The notes: generated by a model not told the origin, from the letters alone. Shown: positions 12,501 through 25,390, numbered from the stretch's first letter. The stretch is 52,900 bases of DNA from Nemertoderma westbladi (GCA_032718475.1 JAUCBJ010003269.1:1-52900), one strand, 5' to 3'. Translations and numbers: made by a program.

Positions 12501-15500
12501 CATTATGGCATATTGGGATGGCACCGGCCAATCACATGGCATATTGGGATGGCACCGGCCAATCACATGGCATATTGGGATGGCATCGGCCAATCACATT
12601 ATGGCCTATTGGGATGGCACCGACCAATCACATGGCAAATTGGGATGGCACCGACCAATCACATGGCAAATTGGGATGGTACCGACCAATTACATGGCAT
12701 ATTGGGATGGCACCGGCCAATCACATGGTATATTGGTATGGCACCGGCCAATCACATTATGGCATATTGGGATGGCACCGGCCAATCACATTATTATGGC
12801 ATATTGGGATGGTACCGACCAATCACATGGCATATTGGGATGGCACCGGCCAATCACATGGTATATTGGTATGGCACCGGCCAATCACATTATGGCATAT
12901 TGGGATGGCACCGGCCAATCACATTATCGCATATTGGGATGGCACCGGCCAATCACATGGCATATTGGGCTGGCACCGACCAATCACATTATGGCATATT
13001 GGGATGGCACCGGCCAATCACATTATGGCATATTGGGATGGCACCGACCAATCACATGGCATATTGGGCTGGCACCGACCACTCACATTATGGCATATTG
13101 GGATGGCACCGGCCAATCACATTATGGCATATTGGGATGGCACCGGCCAATCACATTATGGCCTATTGGGATGGCACCGACCAATCACATGGCATATTGG
13201 GATGGCACCGGCCAATCACATTATTATGGCATATTGGGATGGCACTGGCCAATCACATGGCATATTGGGCTGGCACCGACCAATCACATTATGGCATATT
13301 GGTATGGCACCGTCCAATCACATTATGGCATATTGGGATGGCACCGACCAATCACATGGCATATTGGGCTGGCACCGACCAATCACATTATGGCATATTG
13401 GGATGGCACCGGCCAATCACATTATGGCATATTGGGATGGCACCGGCCAATCACATTATTATGGCATATTGGGATGGCACTGGCCAATCACATGGCATAT
13501 TGGGATGGCACCGACCAATCACATTATGGCATATTGGGATGGCACCGACCAATCACATGGCATATTGGGATGGCACCGGCCAATCACATGGCATATTGGG
13601 ATGGCACCGGCCAATCACATTATTATGGCATATTGGGATGGCACCGACCAATCACATGGCATATTGGGCTGGCACCGACCAATCACATTATGGCATATTG
13701 GGATGGCACCGGCCAATCACATTATGGCATATTGGGATGGCACCGGCCATTCACATTATGGCATATTGGGATGGCACCGGCCAATCACATTATGGCCTAT
13801 TGGGATGGCACCGGCCAATCACATTATGGCCTATTGGGATGGCACCGACCAATCACATGGCATATTGGGATGGTACCGACCAATCACATGGCATATTGGG
13901 ATGGCACCGGCCAATCACAGGGTATATTGGTATGGCACCGGCCAATCACATTATGGCATATTGGGATGGCACCGGCCAATCACATTATTATGGCATAATG
14001 GGATGGCACTGGCCAATCACATGGCATATTGGGATGGCACCGACCAATCACATTATGGCATATTGGGATGGCACCGACCAATCACATGGCATATTGGGAT
14101 GGCACCGGCCAATCACATGGCATATTGGGATGGCACCGGCCAATCACATGGTATATTGGTATGGCACCGGCCAATCACATGGCATATTGGGATGGCACCG
14201 GCCAATCACATGGTATATTGGTATGGCACCGGCCAATCACATTATGGCATATTGGGATGGCACCGGCCAATCACATTATTATGGCATATTGGGATGGCAC
14301 TGGCCAATCACATGGCATATTGGGATGGCACCGACCAATCACATTATGGCATATTGGGATGGCACCGGCCAATCACATGGTATATTGGTATGGCACCGGC
14401 CAATCACATTATGGCATATTGGGATGGCACCGGCCAATCACATTATTATGGCATATTGGGATGGCACTGGCCAATCACATGGCATATTGGGATGGCACCG
14501 GCCAATCACATGGTATATTGGTATGGCACCGGCCAATCACATTATGGCATATTGGGATGGCACCGGCCAATCACATTATTATGGCATATTGGGATGGCAC
14601 TGGCCAATCACATGGCATATTGGGATGGCACCGACCAATCACATTATGGCATATTGGGATGGCACCGACCAATCACATGGCATATTGGGATGGCACCGGC
14701 CAATCACATGGCATATTGGGATGGCACCGGCCAATCACATGGTATATTGGTATGGCACCGGCCAATCACATGGCATATTGGGATGGCACCGGCCAATCAC
14801 ATGGCATATTGGGATGGCACCGACCAATCACATTATGGCATATTGGGATGGCACCGTCCAATCACATTATGGCATATTGGGATGGCACCGACCAATCACA
14901 TGGCATATTGGGATGGTACCGACCAATCACATGGCATATTGGGATGGCACCGGCCAATCACATGGTATATTGGTATGGCACCGGCCAATCACATGGTATA
15001 TTGGTATGGCACCGGCCAATCACATTATGGCATATTGGGATGGCACCGGCCAATCACATTATTATGGCATATTGGGATGGCACCGGCCAATCACATGGTA
15101 TATTGGTATGGCACCGGCCATTCACATTATGGCATATTGGGATGGCACCGGCCAATCACATGGCATATTGGGATGGCACCGGCCAATCACATGGTATATT
15201 GGTATGGCACCGGCCAATCACATGGTATATTGGTATGGCACCGGCCAATCACATTATGGCATATTGGGATGGCACCGGCCAATCACATTATTATGGCATA
15301 TTGGGATGGTACCGACCAATCACATTATTATGGTATATTGGGATGGCGCCGGCCAATCACGTAGCTATTGGGATGGCTCCGGCCAATGACATGGCATATT
15401 GGGATGGCACCGGCCAATCACATTATTATGGTATATTGGGATGGCACCGGCCAATCACGTAGCTATTGGGATGGCTCCGGCCAATGACATGGCATATTGG

Positions 15501-15772
15501 GATGGCACCGGCCAATCACGTAGCTATTGTGATGGCACCGACCAATCACGTAGCTATTGGGATGGCTCCGGCCAATGACATGGCATATTGGGATGGCACC
15601 GGCCAATCACATGGCATATTGGGATGGTACCGGCCAATAACATTATGGCATATTGGGATGGCACCGACCAATCACGTAGCTATTGGGATGGCACCGACCA
15701 ATCACGTAGCTATTGGGATGGCTCCGGCCAATGACATGGCATATTGGGATGACACCGACCAATCACATGGCA
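9598..15772. repeat. Intronic 31/34/37-bp satellite CATGGCATATTGGGATGGCACCGGCCAATCA(+TTA)n
   Basis: Visible tandem units over about 6.2 kb, with length variants from TTA insertions and an internal 1038-bp higher-order duplication. Confidence 0.99.
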
Positions 15773-16071
15773 CATTGAGCCATATATATTGAGATAACGG
15801 ACATGTACACTAGCCCTAATTAAGCCGATGCCCTCTTAGAGGCTCCGCAGAAAATGTAGCTAATTATATTAGTAATGAGCGTGTTATCGCTATCGGTGTA
15901 CTAACACGTTTAGATGGCGGTTATTACTTAATGAATAAAATATATATTTTTTTAATTATATTAAAACTACCTTGACATTATATCGGTCGGTCAGAATAAA
16001 GGCGTAACCTATAGAAATCAACACTACTCTTGTACGTACCCATCGGTATATAGTAGATACACAACACATAC

Positions 16072-16248
16072 CCTGTCCAACTCTCCCGCTTTGCTGTCTG
16101 TTTTGTCGAGTTTTACAGTAAATATGATATCTAGATCGGTGTAATCAACATCAGCTTCATTGGTTGCGACTATATAGCTGGCGGCGGAGCCGTTGAGACG
16201 GACGTTAGCTACGTTTATAGAGTTCGATTCGAGGTGGTTCCGAACCGA
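16072..16248 (-). CDS. TENT5: TENT5/FAM46 coding exon with NTase motif (59 codons)
   Basis: tactttcag|TCGGTT...GACAGG|gtatgt, phase 0/0. Encodes VRLNGSAASYIV...YTDLDIIF, the GS...DxD nucleotidyltransferase signature. Confidence 0.93.
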
Positions 16249-16570
16249 CTGAAAGTAAGAGGATAGAAGTGTTACAGATATAAACATAAACATAACCAAA
16301 ACAATAAACGAGTTAAACTAGTTGCTGAGCAATGTATGAGTAACTAGAGTGATTCAATACAATATTACTATAGAAATAAAATAGCAACGTTAAATAATAA
16401 TAATTTCTAATCAAATTGTGAGAAACGGGAATGCTGTCGCAACTGTGACTTTATTTACCCAATTCGCGACTCATAATTAATATAATTATTAATGACTAAA
16501 AAACAGTTTTGATAAAAAAACCCAAACTAATTTTAATCTACCAAAAGCCATGGAGATTTGTTATCTTGGG

Positions 16571-16817
16571 TCAGCTGGGTGGCCGCTCAGCTGGGTGGCC
16601 TCTCAGCTGGGTGGTCGCTCAGCTGGGTGGTCGCTCAGCTGGGTGGTCGCTCAGCTGGATGGCCGCTCAGATGGGTGGCCGCTCAGCTGGGTGGTCGCTC
16701 AGCTGGGTGGCCACTCAGCTGGGTGGCCACTCAGCTGGGTGGCCGCTCAGCCGGGTGGCAGCTCAGCTGGGTGGCCGCTCAGCTGGGTGGCCACTCAGCT
16801 GGGTGGTCGCTCAGTTG
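16571..16817. repeat. Intronic 16-bp minisatellite CAGCTGGGTGG[C/T]CGCT, about 15 copies
   Basis: Visible 16-bp period. Confidence 0.97.
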
Positions 16818-18003
16818 GGACAGAAGATTAGGGATAACCACGAAACTATAGAAACTCAACAAAAACTCAACATAAACCGGTTTATGCTGGAAACCGGTTA
16901 CTTCCGCGGGGTCCGGTGGTGGTTGTCAAAAATCGATCGACAATCCTCTATGAATTACATAAATGCACCGGCACAGTGACAGCGCGTATATGTCATCATC
17001 ACCTTGGTTTATTACAACTTACTGGATATTCATTTCCCTCCCGATCCCATAATTACAGTTACACGGAGTAATTGAATAGGAAGCAACAAAAAACCCTGTA
17101 CAAAGAAACCGGCTGGAAGTGCAATGGAGAAGACATCACGTCACATCGGTGATGGGCAGATAGATAAATTGGAAAATAACCCACATCCAATCCAATGACG
17201 CAAACGAAATTCATAGAACTGCTTAGTTATAGGAATAGTGAAAGGAAAAACGGCAGCTGCATTTGCGTATCCAATCCATTGTGCCTCCAGAACATTATGA
17301 ATGGACAAGCGCTCCCAAGAGCGCAGCATTACGCTAACAAACGATACCAACAGCTGACTGAGAATGATAGCGGGAACCACTCACTCAGCTGGGTCATATT
17401 ATAGAACCAGCTATGTGCTGGTAATTGACATTCGGGATGAATACCGCCTACAGCAGCACTCACAACTACAGCTATTTCCTATTTAGCTACAACATCCGAA
17501 CCCAAACAGAAGTGTCTGCGATGGTTGGTTGACCACTCTACTAACCATCCTAGGTCGGTGGCGGTGAGACAGACAGACACAAATCTCTTATCCAATCGAC
17601 ATAGGCCAACGACCCAACAACTCAATGTCTGTAAATCGATGAAATTGTGAGGGGAATCTCTATTTGCTCAATAAATTCTCTAAGTTTTACTGTGGAAATC
17701 TGATCTAATCTGAGATCAAAAGTCACAGTTATATAATATTAACGTAATATAACCTCACAATCTGGCCCACATCATTTATTAACGGAAACAATCTACCCAA
17801 TCACCGACTCGAATATGTGACTCAGAGACAATATATTGAGGGACACTTATAAAGACATACGGAAAGTATGTAGAGTATGTAGAGTTTGTGTGATTGGAAA
17901 ATATATATTAATATGAAAATTATATATTTTATGAATTAAATATATTTATGCGTAAGTCACAATCACTCCAAGCCACACCAATCCAAGCTGATAAGAAACT
18001 CAC

Positions 18004-18143
18004 CGATATAAACCGATTGAGATTGACTTTTAGAGTTGGGAAGGTTCCTCTGCCGTGGATGGGAATCTCTTCAGATAGAACTGTCTCCAATCGTTGAACC
18101 TGATCGAAAGTCAACACGTGGTAAGAAGGCGGCCGGCCCTCAA
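18004..18143 (-). CDS. TENT5: TENT5/FAM46 N-terminal coding exon
   Basis: tatcttacag|TTGAGG...ATATCG|gtgagt, phase 1/0. Encodes VLTFDQVQRLETVLSEEIPIHGRGTFPTL, resembling the FAM46 N-terminal QVQRL...IPIHGRGNFPTL motif. Confidence 0.92.
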
Positions 18144-19044
18144 CTGTAAGATAATGTTTTTTATAAAGTATACAAATACAATAAACAATCATAATAACTC
18201 GACGAGAAAATCAGGGGGGGGGGGGGGCGGTATGAAGTTTGACACTAAATCCTGCCGCCATACTAATGGGCAATTATAAAAAGCGACATTGTAGCTAAAC
18301 GGATTAGGTTTGCATCTCTCATCTCATCTCAGCCCTCTTATAAACAATGCCACGAGTAATGAGATATTTTGTGGCACAGGAAACAAAACTTATCAGTCTC
18401 AGATTTCTGGTGGCAGTAACTGAATCCGTTCCCACTATATCCGGCCAACGCCATTAGCTTTAGCCACACATACGCGACACACTAAGGAACTAGCAATAAT
18501 TGTACCCCAAAGTGTTGCCATGGTTGAAATTACAAAACATCATTAAGTTAACACCAAAGCCAATAATGAGATTGTTTATTGCGGTCAAACTTTCAGTGTT
18601 ACCATATGGATCACCGAGTATGACCTTCACACACATCATACGTCACGTATTAATGAATCTACATTGCCTTATTAAACAACCTACAAATGATAAACACACT
18701 GAAAGTAAATTGTAAATCAATGCCAAGTTCTGCCAGGCACAAACAACTACTATATAATTTGCACTGATGATGTAACAAAAGAAACATCAATATAAATTAA
18801 ATATATACATATTAGCTCGTCTAGTCAATATACGGGCCACATAGGGTCTAGCTCCCATGCTATAAAACAACACTTATAGTCTGTCAATCAATACCGTCGC
18901 AAGATTCGTCTGTAAGCAATGAAAATGTGTCCCACCCAAATAAAATTAATGTAGGTAAAGCAACAGGAAATTAGTACCTAATCGAATCAACATTAACAGC
19001 CCATCACAGCAGTACAATCACGGCAACATAATGTACACGAATAG

Positions 19045-20035
19045 TTACCGGTATGTTTGCCGTGGGATGGACGGATCAGTGGATATTATTCACTTACCGA
19101 TATGTTTGCCGTGGGATGGACGGATCAGTGGATATTATTCACTTACCGGTATGTTTGCCGTGGGATGGACGGATCAGTGGATGTTATTCACTTACCGGTA
19201 TGTTTGCCGTGGGATGGACGGATCAGTGGATGTTATTCACTTACCGATATGTTTGCCGTGGGATGGACGGATCAGTGGATATTATTCACTTACCGGTATG
19301 TTTGCCGTGGGATGGACGGATCAGTGGATATTATTCACTTACCGGTATGTTTGCCGTGGGATGGACGGATCAGTGGATATTATTCACTTACCGGTATGTT
19401 TGCCGTGGGATGGACGGATCAGTGGATATTATTCACTTACCGGTATGTTTGCCGTGGGATGGACGGATCAGTGGATATTATTCACTTACCGGTATGTTTG
19501 CCGTGGGATGGACGGATCAGTGGATATTATTCACTTACCGGTATGTTTGCCGTGGGATGGACGGATCAGTGGATATTATTCACTTACCGGTATGTTTGCC
19601 GTGGGATGGACGGATCAGTGGATATCATTCACTTACCGGTATGTTTGCCGTGGGATGGGCGGATCAGTGGATATCATTCACTTACCGGTAGGTTTGCCGT
19701 GGGATGGACGGATCAGTGGATATTATTCACTTACCGGTATGTTTGCCGTGGGATGGACGGATCAGTGGATATCATTCACTTACCGGTAGGTTTGCCGTGG
19801 GATGGACGGATCAGTGGATATTATTCACTTACCGGTATGTTTGCCGTGGGATGGACGGATCAGTGGATATCATTCACTTACCGGTATGTTTGCCGTGGGA
19901 TGGGCGGATCAGTGGATATCATTCACTTACCGGTAGGTTTGCCGTGGGATGGACGGATCAGTGGATATTATTCACTTACCGGTATGTTTGCCGTGGGATG
20001 GACGGAACAGCGGATATTATTCACTTACCGGTATG
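19045..20035. repeat. 49-bp minisatellite, about 20 copies, each containing a minus-strand 5' splice-site consensus
   Basis: Unit TTACCGGTATGTTTGCCGTGGGATGGACGGATCAGTGGATATTATTCAC. CACTTACC recurs every 49 bp from 19091 to 20022 with no indels. Confidence 0.98.
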
Positions 20036-20106
20036 AATAGGCATTGTCATAATCCCGCAAGTAATTATTTCGTTTTCCAATGTAAACAGAGTGAATATGA
20101 ATAAAC
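20029..20106 (-). CDS. TENT5: Putative TENT5 start exon (ATG at 20050, MTMPIHT-G, phase-1 donor)
   Basis: Acceptor gttttatgttgcag| at 20107-20108. ATG ACA ATG CCT ATT CAT ACC G|gtaagt gives exactly the phase-1 donor needed to join 18143 in frame (MTMPIHTVEGRPP). No homology support; inferred from splice signals and phase. Confidence 0.65.
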
Positions 20107-20911
20107 CTGCAACATAAAACAATGAAAATATTAAATAAATGATTAAATTATTCTTTACATAACTGGGATGAAAATCACTCGTAAAATGTAAAGTAATTCG
20201 ATTAGATGTATTGTAAACGTAAAGTGATTCGTATCAAGTGTCTGGCCTGGCCTTCCTGGCCTGTAGAGTAGAGACATTGGGGAAACGGAACGCAAAAAAC
20301 ACATCTCGGCGGATAAATATCTCGTCTCAATGTTTTATAATAAATTAAGGGATTAGAGCAGGTTACATTGGCACTTTAATCTAACCAAAACAATAAACGA
20401 AATACAATAGAACAGGTTACAGTTGTATGTTTGAGAATAATCAGCTGTTATATATGCGTCGATTTTCCCTGAAGAGGGATGGGTTTTGATTGTGTCGGCA
20501 GTACGAATATGCATGTGTCAGTGGAAAAATATGATGAGGCATACTACAAACTTGGAATAAAAAAGCACATATATCTATCCATTTTGATAATGATCCGCTA
20601 TCCGTATTTCACGTTTAGTCTCTTGCTTTATGTTCAAACTCATATATCCCACTCTGAATTTTAAGAATTTCTGATTGTGAAGTACTATTTATTACATACG
20701 AATGCGCCAGACATTTCCTTTATATACAAAGTAAATAAAATAAAGTATATCGTATTAAAGGTAGAAAATTAATGCTGGGAAAGGGATCGAACCATGGGCT
20801 CTCAAGAAACAGAGGGGAACTCTTCTTCTGAGATACTCCAGCTCCAGGATTAACATTGAACTAGGTCCATGTGAGTGAAGTATATCAGACATTATGATGT
20901 TATATTTCGCT

Positions 20912-21003
20912 TTGCAGTTTACTCCCATGCGAAGAATACTGGTACCAGGTTTTCACTAAAATCCATGTTGTAGAGCGGCTAAATCTAACCAAAACAATAA
21001 ACT
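20912..21003 (+). mobile_element. Partial copy of the MITE family seen at 47162-47375
   Basis: ttgcagtt..cccatg.gaagaat...ccaggttttca.taaaatc...aatctaaccaaaacaataaac is collinear with 47159-47243. Confidence 0.55.
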
Positions 21004-23964
21004 ATTAGTATCTGAATAGATTATAAGATTGGAATAAGCACTACAAAACTTAAAATTCTTCATATATAAGTTCCAATTGATAGCTGGGATATTAGTCGTT
21101 TCGATTAGAGCACGTACAATTAAAAGTAAAACATCGGTTAAACAAAGATAGGAGACGCATGTATTGGATTACATTCGTAAAACTGGTTGATATTAAAACA
21201 ATACTTACGTGTTGGTGTTTTAGTTACAAATTTTCAAATCAATCCAATATTAAATAAATATTATTACAACTATATAATTAAATATAGTATATACAAGAAT
21301 AATTAAGCCTACAAAATTACGTACCGTATATAATATGTAATGCAATAAACGTATTTATATAAAAGTAATAAATATGAGAAGTTAATTAAATTAAGAAGGA
21401 AATTAATTAATAATATGTTTTAAGAAATACGCCTATTGCCTATATATTTATATATTCTTGGATAAATTAATTATTATTCACCACAAAATATTGACCGGTA
21501 CGGGAAATCATTGAATAAAGTCACATCAAATAATGTTACAAATAATGGTTTGTATTTAAATTAGGAAAAATAACTCAAAAATAATATCTGACAAGAAATG
21601 AATGAAAAAGAAGGAAGAGCGAATGATCCAAGGCTTGATAATTATATCGACTAAGATTAGAACACCAATAGCAATGCAGTCTGCAGAATGCAGGGCTGCG
21701 ATATCATTCAATTAAGGCATGGGATAGGCAACAGATGCTACAGTTCCCGTTGGCTAAAGCTACAAGGAAAGCAACCACAAGGAGAACCAATTTATACACT
21801 CACAATAATTAACAAATTAATTCACGGCTGAAAAGTTAGACATGGGAGGAAAAAAGATCACAATAATAGCTAGTATAACCAAGCAGCCTATTATATCCGC
21901 CTGCAAGCTGGAACCTCCATAGTGAACAAATAAGCGGCCGAGTGCAACTAACATGGCGAAGGAAACATCCTACAGAGACGGAAAGTAGGTGCGGAATACA
22001 TTCACTGGCCTTTCATCCGTATTTACTGAACAGTACTGAAGGAATCAGATAAGTTGCACATATCTCCATATATGGAGCGAATGCGTGACGTAGGTAGGCC
22101 TAAGTCAAGACAAGGTAAGCCCACCCACTGAATACCAGTGCAGTGCAGCCACGAAATTATGAATGAAATTACCCCTATACTGTGTATTAGGGCTGGCTTA
22201 CCTTACCCCTTCCCGTGCGTAGGTAAGGAATCAAACGCCTTCCTGGTTGTTATGAAAGAATAGGTTTTTATTGATTGGTTGCTATGCTAGCCCTATAACC
22301 TACACCTCCACGCACACGTACACCTACTCAAAATTGTATGTCTTCAAACTGAATTAAAGCAGCGTGTGTGCGTGGGTGTAATCGCGGACATTTTCTATGA
22401 ATGAAATGAATGGCATAATAGGTTTAATTAATCCCGTCATACAACTGATTTCATAGAAGAAGCAAAGCAACAACCGGAATCAAATTACTTATAAAAGAAA
22501 AGCGCCTCTTGTGTACGACAGGTAAAATGACAAAATTGGAAAATTATTTATAGCTAAATGCAAGTAATTTAACCTGCATATTGAAATTTGTAATACTCAG
22601 TAAATCATTTATTATTGGAATAAGACGCCTGTAGGCACCGGTAATGTAAATGCCACTGCGTGTCCACAAATCAAAATAACCAGACGGTGTCGGTCAACCG
22701 GGGCGCGAAACTAGCAACGTAAAATAACAAATACCACTCGGTAACGTATCAATAAAACTCGGCCAAATAACATCCAGTTATTTTGATGTGAACCATTTTT
22801 TTTTCAAATAACATCCAGTTATATATTTTGATGTGAACATTTTTTGGCTATAAAAATAGTGAGGGGGGGGGGGGGGTGGGGGTTCTTCCGAGAAGTTAAA
22901 ATAAAAAATGTAAAACAATCACTGCATATGCAACCAATTTTTAATTTCTGACAATTGCGTGGTTAAAAAAAACGCCAAATAATAATATTTAATGAAATTA
23001 ATTACAAATGTAAAATATAATAATACAATTCTGAATCAGTTATCTCACAAAAACAACTAACAATCTAGTTACATCCATACTATCACAAATATGGTAGTGG
23101 TAGTCTATGCCAGAAGATAGTTCGTTCCCAGTCATCTAAATGCTTTAATTAATTATACTTCGGCTACAAACCTAGCCAAGAAGACTGACGGGGGGGCTCA
23201 CAAGATAACAAGGTCCGAATTATACAAGAACACTCGCTAAAACTAACATAATAAATCTATCGGAATAATGTATCAAATCAAAAAAACTTTTATACATCAA
23301 AGACAAATACAAGTTGACCTCAAGCAATTGGTAGATACGTTTGCATGACCGCAATGTAACTGTAATTCACATTGTGCAGGGTCTAGAGTTCAATGATTTA
23401 AGAGATAGTGATCTTATCGCGAGAATTTGTTAACAGGGGGTCACGGGCGGTTCACGGACTGTTGACCTGTAAGCGGGGCTGTTAGTCAGTGCAGGTCCGA
23501 TGTTATCCTATGTACGAAATTTAGAGTGTTGGATACACTGTGTTTATTACGCGCACGTATATACACACGACACTCACGCGCACAAGCTACAGGGGTCATT
23601 GATAGTCAATAGTTGAGTGAAATACAAGCACAACAAATTCAGTTTCAATAATCATCTACAAATAAGAAAATTGGTAAACGATATTGCAGAGTTGCAATAA
23701 AAATACTGTAAATAAAACGTAGCCTTCATTTATTAACAACACGGCAACTTGTGGTGGGTGTTCTGCTAAACACCTTGTAAAATATTTACACTTTCAATTA
23801 CACAACGTAATGCAGCATACTAATCTGGGCCAAAAGGAAATTAGTGGGTGGGGACTGGGGAGGGGGGTGTACAGGTGGATGGGCTATGGGCACGTGGGGA
23901 AGTCTAATTAGTGATAAGGACTCGCCTCACTACCTACATGGCTTTTTTTTACATGCATTTAATT

Positions 23965-24341
23965 GAATTGTTTGGGTTAAGAGGTTGGGCGTTGCTTGGG
24001 ATACGATTGTATCGGATAGGAGGTTGGGCGTTTTGCGTTAGTTATTTACAATTATTATTTAACCATCCACCTAATAGTGTCATTAAACAGATTCTTCGCC
24101 AAGTACGTGGCTCGCCCCACACCTGAAACATTGAAACTAAATTCGCTTCTATTGGAACTAAATTCGCATCCATTGGAACTAAGTTCGCATCCATTGGAAC
24201 TAAATTCGTTTTAGTTTTTCTCTAGTTATTGGAACTAAGTTCGCCTAAATTGGAACTAAATTCGCCAAATTTGGAACTAAATTCGTTTCCATTGGAACTA
24301 AATTCGCATGAGGCTTAAATTGGAACTAAGTACGGAGAATC
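23965..24341 (+). mobile_element. Solo right arm of the GGAACTAA foldback/MULE-like element
   Basis: Closely similar to about 31770-32203, including the 21-bp TTGGAACTAARTTCGCATCCA repeats and the terminus GGAACTAAGTACGG(A/T)GAATC. Confidence 0.8.
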
Positions 24342-25206
24342 ATCCATCCCACACAGCTTCCCATCGCCCAACCCTTCCTTATCAAACAAAAGGCTTTCCT
24401 GTGTATTCTCGGAATGTTCACATATAAATATGGTATATACAATAACAAGATCGAAAGGCCTAGATGCGCTGGAAAAGGTCCGGTGACACAACAACTAGAT
24501 ACACTCTCAATGTCTTAAATTTTAAAAACAACCTTAAAGAGATCTTTGATCATTATTCCTTTCTTATAATGGTTCTAGCATTATACAAAACATAAATAAT
24601 GGGGAGGGGGGGGGGGGGGGGGGCTTCACCTTCAACGCCATCAAAGTTAACATAAACAACAGTATATTTTATGACATAAATGCACCAAATAAACAGAGTT
24701 TCACATCCTTAAAACACTTACCAAACTTACGGACTAACAAATTTGCACGAGCGGGTATATAATCAATTAGTTTCAGTTTGTATTAAATTTATGTTTTTTA
24801 TCATCGTTATATGCATTGTAACTTAATGTCGTAATCAAATCATTATCTGTTGAACTACTTACACCTTAAAACATGATCAAACTTTCAATGCCATACAAAA
24901 AAATGTTACACTGCATTGTTAAATAAAGCACTTATTATGAATGAAATATAAACAATTAGCCTATTTAGTATTATAGTATTAAAAATATTCGAATTACGAT
25001 TTGCATGACTGCCAAGGTCAACCCGACTACTATACATTCAAACGTCTAGGCTACTCATACATATAAGACGTATAAGATATTAACATATATCATCGTACAA
25101 ATAGTGAAACGCCGCCTATATAGCCTATACAAGCTACAATTACAGGGATACTTAGCAACATTGTTGATTGTTTATATATGTGTATACATAGCACCTGAAC
25201 AAATCA

Positions 25207-25390
25207 CTATCCACCATGTGCCATGACTGTCGCGAGATTATCCTCATCTTCAAGGACAGTGTCCTTTAAGAGGCGTCTCAAGAAAGTAATGGGCTGTCCA
25301 CCTTGCTTATTTTCTCTATGAGGCTGCCAAATCAGAATATTGTACACAGGTTGGTCGGTCCTGTACGTTATTTTATAACATCCACCACAA
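25207..25390 (-). mobile_element. Degenerate RTE-like LINE 3' ORF fragment
   Basis: RTDQPVYNILIWQPHRENKQGGQPITFLRRLLKDT resembles the RTE ORF C-terminus and the copy at about 26200-26345. Confidence 0.6.

Noticed and set aside
9500-15792. ORFs of 1954, 1894 and 811 aa as real genes
   Set aside because: All three frames give the same permuted repeat peptide, as expected from a stop-free 31-bp unit; they are antisense within an intron.
19031-20040. ORFs of 212-327 aa over the 49-bp array
   Set aside because: Same three-frame repeat artefact.
20770-20875. Minus-strand tRNA (B-box-like GGTTCGATCCC)
   Set aside because: No convincing A box or cloverleaf.
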